Assembly: GCA_044345395.1 (NCBI GenBank)
Contig: JBIJBD010000001.1
Coordinates: 1-59,711 of the forward strand
DNA length: 59,711 bases
Direction: 5' to 3'
Source of the DNA: Crocinitomicaceae bacterium
GTDB lineage: Bacteria; Bacteroidota; Bacteroidia; Flavobacteriales_D; Crocinitomicaceae
This document shows positions 56,601 through 59,711 of this stretch, one piece after another. The position numbers were made by a program, and so were the translations under genes. The notes under the pieces are model-generated. The model searched no databases. It saw only the letters and a program-made list of their open reading frames with translations, and was not told the origin of the DNA. Positions within the stretch are counted from its first letter, which is position 1; the number at the start of each line of letters is the position of its first letter.

Positions 56601-57605
56601 ATTATGATGTTAGACGTACTCGCAAATAATGAATGGAAAAGAGGAATTTATTTTTCTAGTAATCGAGGATCTACCCTGTCGATTGCACTGCTTCAATCTG
56701 GGTACATCAAGCAGGTCGGTGTGGCTTATGAGCTTAGTCCTATTCGTGGGGAATTCAATAAATATACGCGCATGCCTTCGTTAATTGACGCCGATAAAAT
56801 GTACAAAAACATGACGGAAGTTTATTCATATGGCGACTTGAAAAATCCAGATGTATTAACAGATTATTATGCAAGACGACACACTACTCAGTATAGACAG
56901 TGTTTTCTGCAATTAGCAGAAGAATTCTATTTCAGAGGTAAAAGAGCTGAGGATTCACTAAATGCCGTTACTAAAGTTTCAGCAAGTATTAAACCTGCAA
57001 CGGAGTCCCAAAAACAAGCTTGGAGAAAACAAGTAGCTGATAATTTTGCCAAGACAGAAAAGCTTCTCGACATGGCAATGGAAATTTTACCTTTTGAAAC
57101 TGTGTTAGATTTTGGTGAGGTAGGAGCCATCGACCCGCTCGGATCTTTGAGTTTGAACAGCGAGCACAGCCACTATGACCCAGAGCGCAAAGTACAGGCT
57201 TATGCAAGTGGTCATTTACACGAATATGTTCAGTTGTATACGTTGATCAACAAATTCGATAAAGCATCCGCACTGGCCACTAAGATTTTAGGAAGTTATG
57301 AAACTATTTTTGGATTCTTCCAAAATAGCGACCCAAGCCTAGCCGCAAATCCAGAAAATGCCGAGGATCTTCACGCTGCACTGGATGCATGTTTTAAAAT
57401 TCAAACAACGGCTCAGAATGCTGGCCACACCAAACTAGCAAAAGAAGCAGAGAGCAAAATAGAGTATGTATATAAAAATATTACTCCATCAATCGTTGAT
57501 GCGCTTTCAGGTTCAGATGAAGGTAGTGCCTTGAATCGACGTTTGCAAATGATGCGCAGTCACTATTGGGTTGAAGACAAACAAAACCTGAAAATAGGAA
57601 AATAG
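53688..57605 (+). CDS. DUF2723 / glycosyltransferase family 117 membrane protein
   Basis: 1305-aa ORF. The multi-TM N-terminal half carries WDCGEYITAAYKLEVGHPPGAPFF. The C-terminal half is a large soluble region. Confidence 0.85.
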   Translation: MNWTFEKWNKLVGWGVFAVATAVYLITIEDTASLWDCGEYITAAYKLEVGHPPGAPFFMILGRLFSFFAAPENVAVWINSVSALSSSFTILFMFWSLSLLIRKMIRIKKPTLDNGDELVTLIGSAIGSLAYTFSDSFWFSAVEGEVYAMASLFTAVIFWAILKWDEEMARHQAGEELDRTPNRWLLLIMFLLGLAIGVHLLGILVVPAIGYIIYFRVVKDTTWKGIFITGLVSIFALGFIQEGIIPGSISLASSFEVFFVNSMGMPFYSGTIFFFGLLVYGIFWGVKYARRKGKTILYNSLMGLIFLLIGYGSFAVIVIRSNANTPLDENDPENLVTLHSYLKREQYGYTPLFSGPYWNSQENDQNEWENASPSYLRRFVVIKDNAEIKAFTKEDEATAYAEEVSGLVEEKYFASNRMLVGENKVVYQPMKATYPSDQTTIFPRMYSDEERHIRGYKNWSGYDPNKGSSSASGKDGNRLPTFGENLRYFFRYQINWMYTRYFMWNFAGRQNDIQGHGDQMRGNWISGIGFIDNARLGNQDEAPYYTKENPSNNKFYFIPLILALVGLFFHFYKSPKDAFVLMLAFLFTGLAIVIYLNQKPFEPRERDYAYAGSFYFFAMWIGIGVYAIYDILTSKKWISNGIVSAGLSGVLGVAAPILMVTQGWDDHDRSGKTSARDLALNYLESCSKNAILFTNGDNDTFPLWYMQEVEGKRTDVRVCNLSLMGTDWYTNQMKMKAYESDPLPIKFREDQILMLAGNTDQIYFLSMRELVNSNNDKLINGVLDLRLKNNLNKAKMAISYFDSEASRFIAQINSADQEVNKAKGMLLTTDTANIKQTIINKFKGYSYLDASIDKSGMNGQIMQSLGALIQDFEYPEYMDFVEEYGYAAPPEKLRDWSSVDLTDAMAFVRNDSNAVENGSKPLAFFPSKKFSLRVNKQNALTSGTITKEQLASCPDQITFAYDRDRYLTKSEIMMLDVLANNEWKRGIYFSSNRGSTLSIALLQSGYIKQVGVAYELSPIRGEFNKYTRMPSLIDADKMYKNMTEVYSYGDLKNPDVLTDYYARRHTTQYRQCFLQLAEEFYFRGKRAEDSLNAVTKVSASIKPATESQKQAWRKQVADNFAKTEKLLDMAMEILPFETVLDFGEVGAIDPLGSLSLNSEHSHYDPERKVQAYASGHLHEYVQLYTLINKFDKASALATKILGSYETIFGFFQNSDPSLAANPENAEDLHAALDACFKIQTTAQNAGHTKLAKEAESKIEYVYKNITPSIVDALSGSDEGSALNRRLQMMRSHYWVEDKQNLKIGK

Positions 57606-58211
57606 ATGCGCTTCTTCAGGGTGCCAAAATTATTTCTTTGGAATTACCGAAAAGGAATTTGGCAAGGAAGAAAATCTGAGGTTTACCTGACCTTCGATGA
57701 CGGTCCACATCCAATTATCACACCATGGGTGTTGGACCTATTAGAAAAGCACGGCGTGTTGGCAACTTTTTTTTGTATTGGAAAGAACGTAGATTCAAAT
57801 TTAGATTTATTTAAACGTATTCAAAGCGCTGGACATGCCGTTGGTAATCACACCATGTTTCACGAAAGAGGTTGGCATTCCACTACGTCGCAATATATTG
57901 AATCCGTAATTCAAGCAAAAAAAAACAACCCTTCATCACTCTTCAGGCCTCCATATGGTTCACTGAACTTCCGTCAATTTAAAAAACTGAAAACACTTGG
58001 ATTTAAAGTGGTGTTTTGGTCATGGATTAGTTACGATTTCGATCAAAATTGTTCTCAGGAAGAGATTTTAAAGCAGGCAAAACGCATTAAAGGTGGGGAT
58101 ATATTGGTTTTCCATGACAGCGAAAAAGCTAAATTCAACCTAGAGGGAGTATTGGAAAAAATTATTGTTGAATTGAAACAAAAAGGCCTGAAGTTCAGTA
58201 CTATTAGCTAA
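57606..58211 (+). CDS. Polysaccharide deacetylase (NodB homology domain)
   Basis: 201-aa ORF with TFDDGP and HTMFH motifs. The ATG immediately follows the upstream stop. Confidence 0.85.
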   Translation: MRFFRVPKLFLWNYRKGIWQGRKSEVYLTFDDGPHPIITPWVLDLLEKHGVLATFFCIGKNVDSNLDLFKRIQSAGHAVGNHTMFHERGWHSTTSQYIESVIQAKKNNPSSLFRPPYGSLNFRQFKKLKTLGFKVVFWSWISYDFDQNCSQEEILKQAKRIKGGDILVFHDSEKAKFNLEGVLEKIIVELKQKGLKFSTIS

Positions 58212-59711
58212 TGAATCATTTTATAAAACATCTCATCTCTGAATTCGGTCTTCCATTGACAAATCCGGTACTGGTGTTTTCCTTGTTGCTTTTCATCATT
58301 TTACTTTCTCCAATAGTACTACGTAGGTTGAGAATACCAGGAATTATTGGACTCATTATTTCAGGATTAATTATTGGACCTCATGCCCTTGGATTGATCG
58401 GATACAACGCATTGCAATCTGAAGGTTCTATCAAGCTTTTCTCAACGATTGGTTTGTTGTATATCATGTTCATGGCTGGCCTTGAGCTTGACTTGAATCA
58501 ATTTAAAAAATACCTGAACAAAAGCTTAACCTTTGGTTTCCTAACGTTTATTTTACCTTTGATTTTAGGTTATCCAATTTGCTATTATGCGCTAAACCTA
58601 GATGCAACTGCAAGTTTACTAGTTGCCAGTATGTTCTCAACCCACACGTTGGTAGCTTATCCTATTATAAGCAAATACGGTCTATCCAAACACAGTTCCG
58701 TTGCGATTACAGTAGGAGGAACTATATTAACAGACACTGCGGTTTTAATCATTTTAGCCATTATTTCGAGTTCTACTCAAGGAAGCCTTGATGGAGCTTT
58801 TTGGTTAAGGTTGATTACTTCCTTGACAATATTCTCCATAATTATGTTTTATGGAATTCCAAAAGTTGCACGCTGGTTCTTTAGCAAATTAGATAGTGAG
58901 AAATCGTCTCAATATATTTTTGTGCTTTCCGTGGTGTTCTTTGCTGCTTTCCTTGCAGAAGTGGCAGGTGTTGAACACATCATTGGTGCCTTCGTGGCGG
59001 GATTGGTGTTGAACAGACTTATTCCACATAATTCCATTCTAATGAATCGAATAGATTTCATTGGAAATTCACTATTCATTCCATTTTTTTTAATTTATGT
59101 TGGAATGGTGGTAGATTACCGAGCATTTTTACAAGGAACATGGCCTCTTGTTATTGCAGGGGTACTGACAACTTTTGCGATTTTTAGTAAGTGGTTGGCC
59201 GCATTTGTTACACAGTTGATATTCAATATGTCTAATACGGAAAGGCAAGTGATTTTTGGACTAAGTACAAGCCATGCTGCAGCTACACTCGCCATAATTA
59301 TGGTAGGCTATAACGAGGGAAATGGTATTCTAGACATTAACATTGTGAACGGCACAGTATTGCTGATCTTGTTTACTTGTATGACAGCCTCTTTTGTGAC
59401 AGAAAGTGCAGGTAAAAAGTTATTGATAGAATTGAATGAATCTGGTGAAGGAGAGTTAAATGAGACGAAATTGAGAAATCAACACATCATGGTTTCGATG
59501 AATGAATTAAAAGGAAATGAAAGCCTAATTGACTTTTCGCTAATTATTTCTGATCCAAAGGTGATCAATCCAATATCTGTAGTGAGTGTTTATCCCAACA
59601 ACGAAAAGGCAGAAATGATGATTCGAAAATCTCGAAAATCGCTAGAAGACATTGTAAAACACTTTTCAGTACACGAATCGAAATTAAATACCATTGCGAC
59701 AAACGATTACA
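58211..59711 (+). CDS. Cation:proton antiporter (CPA2/Kef-type), partial; C-terminus beyond the right edge
   Basis: The frame is open to the window edge, so it is not in the track. Hand translation gives MNHFIKHLISEFGLPLTNPVLVFSLLLFIILLSPIVLRRLRIPGIIGLIISGLIIGPHALGLI... It has a TAATG overlap with the deacetylase stop. Confidence 0.8.
   Translation, partial: MNHFIKHLISEFGLPLTNPVLVFSLLLFIILLSPIVLRRLRIPGIIGLIISGLIIGPHALGLIGYNALQSEGSIKLFSTIGLLYIMFMAGLELDLNQFKKYLNKSLTFGFLTFILPLILGYPICYYALNLDATASLLVASMFSTHTLVAYPIISKYGLSKHSSVAITVGGTILTDTAVLIILAIISSSTQGSLDGAFWLRLITSLTIFSIIMFYGIPKVARWFFSKLDSEKSSQYIFVLSVVFFAAFLAEVAGVEHIIGAFVAGLVLNRLIPHNSILMNRIDFIGNSLFIPFFLIYVGMVVDYRAFLQGTWPLVIAGVLTTFAIFSKWLAAFVTQLIFNMSNTERQVIFGLSTSHAAATLAIIMVGYNEGNGILDINIVNGTVLLILFTCMTASFVTESAGKKLLIELNESGEGELNETKLRNQHIMVSMNELKGNESLIDFSLIISDPKVINPISVVSVYPNNEKAEMMIRKSRKSLEDIVKHFSVHESKLNTIATNDY

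Overview
About 59.7 kb of a low-GC Bacteroidota (Flavobacteriia-like) chromosome, judged from gene content, an ACIII-cytochrome oxidase operon, DUF2723/GT117 and TAnnTTTG -7 boxes. Most of it is housekeeping. It holds leuS, gatA, tatA, rimP-nusA-infB, engB, thiL, icd, LPS-core glycosyltransferases, a lytic transglycosylase, and an 11.7-kb actABCDEF-ctaC-ctaD respiratory operon. It also holds tRNA-Ser(GGA), tRNA-Gln(TTG), a DUF2723 protein, a NodB deacetylase and a partial cation:proton antiporter. Two regions are less ordinary. (1) Region 1-9000 is a glycan locus (gmd, fcl, ABC-2 permease, cysC) interrupted by single accessory genes: a RhuM-like gene, two DUF4143 AAA ATPases, a four-helix-bundle/IVS-protein-like gene and a wHTH-NTase. 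Each junction is filled by degenerate 7-nt repeat arrays in direct or inverted orientation. The four-helix-bundle gene sits in a 646-bp cassette with imperfect terminal inverted heptad arrays. GC-rich nested palindromes lie next to tRNA-Ser. (2) Region 45788-50395 is a six-gene, overlap-coupled light/photolyase operon: atypical SDR, an ORF-track-missed DUF2256 ORF, FeS (6-4)-photolyase-like, Cry-DASH, TIGR03643, flavin reductase. A CarH/LitR-like MerR-B12 regulator lies elsewhere, at 11623. Other points are a TonB-dependent receptor frameshifted at a CTAA CTAA tandem, a 6 x 16-aa repeat secreted protein, and a terminator-like hairpin 9 nt ahead of rimP. No CRISPR, integrase, transposase or rRNA was seen. 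All family assignments come from motif recognition by eye and were not checked against databases.
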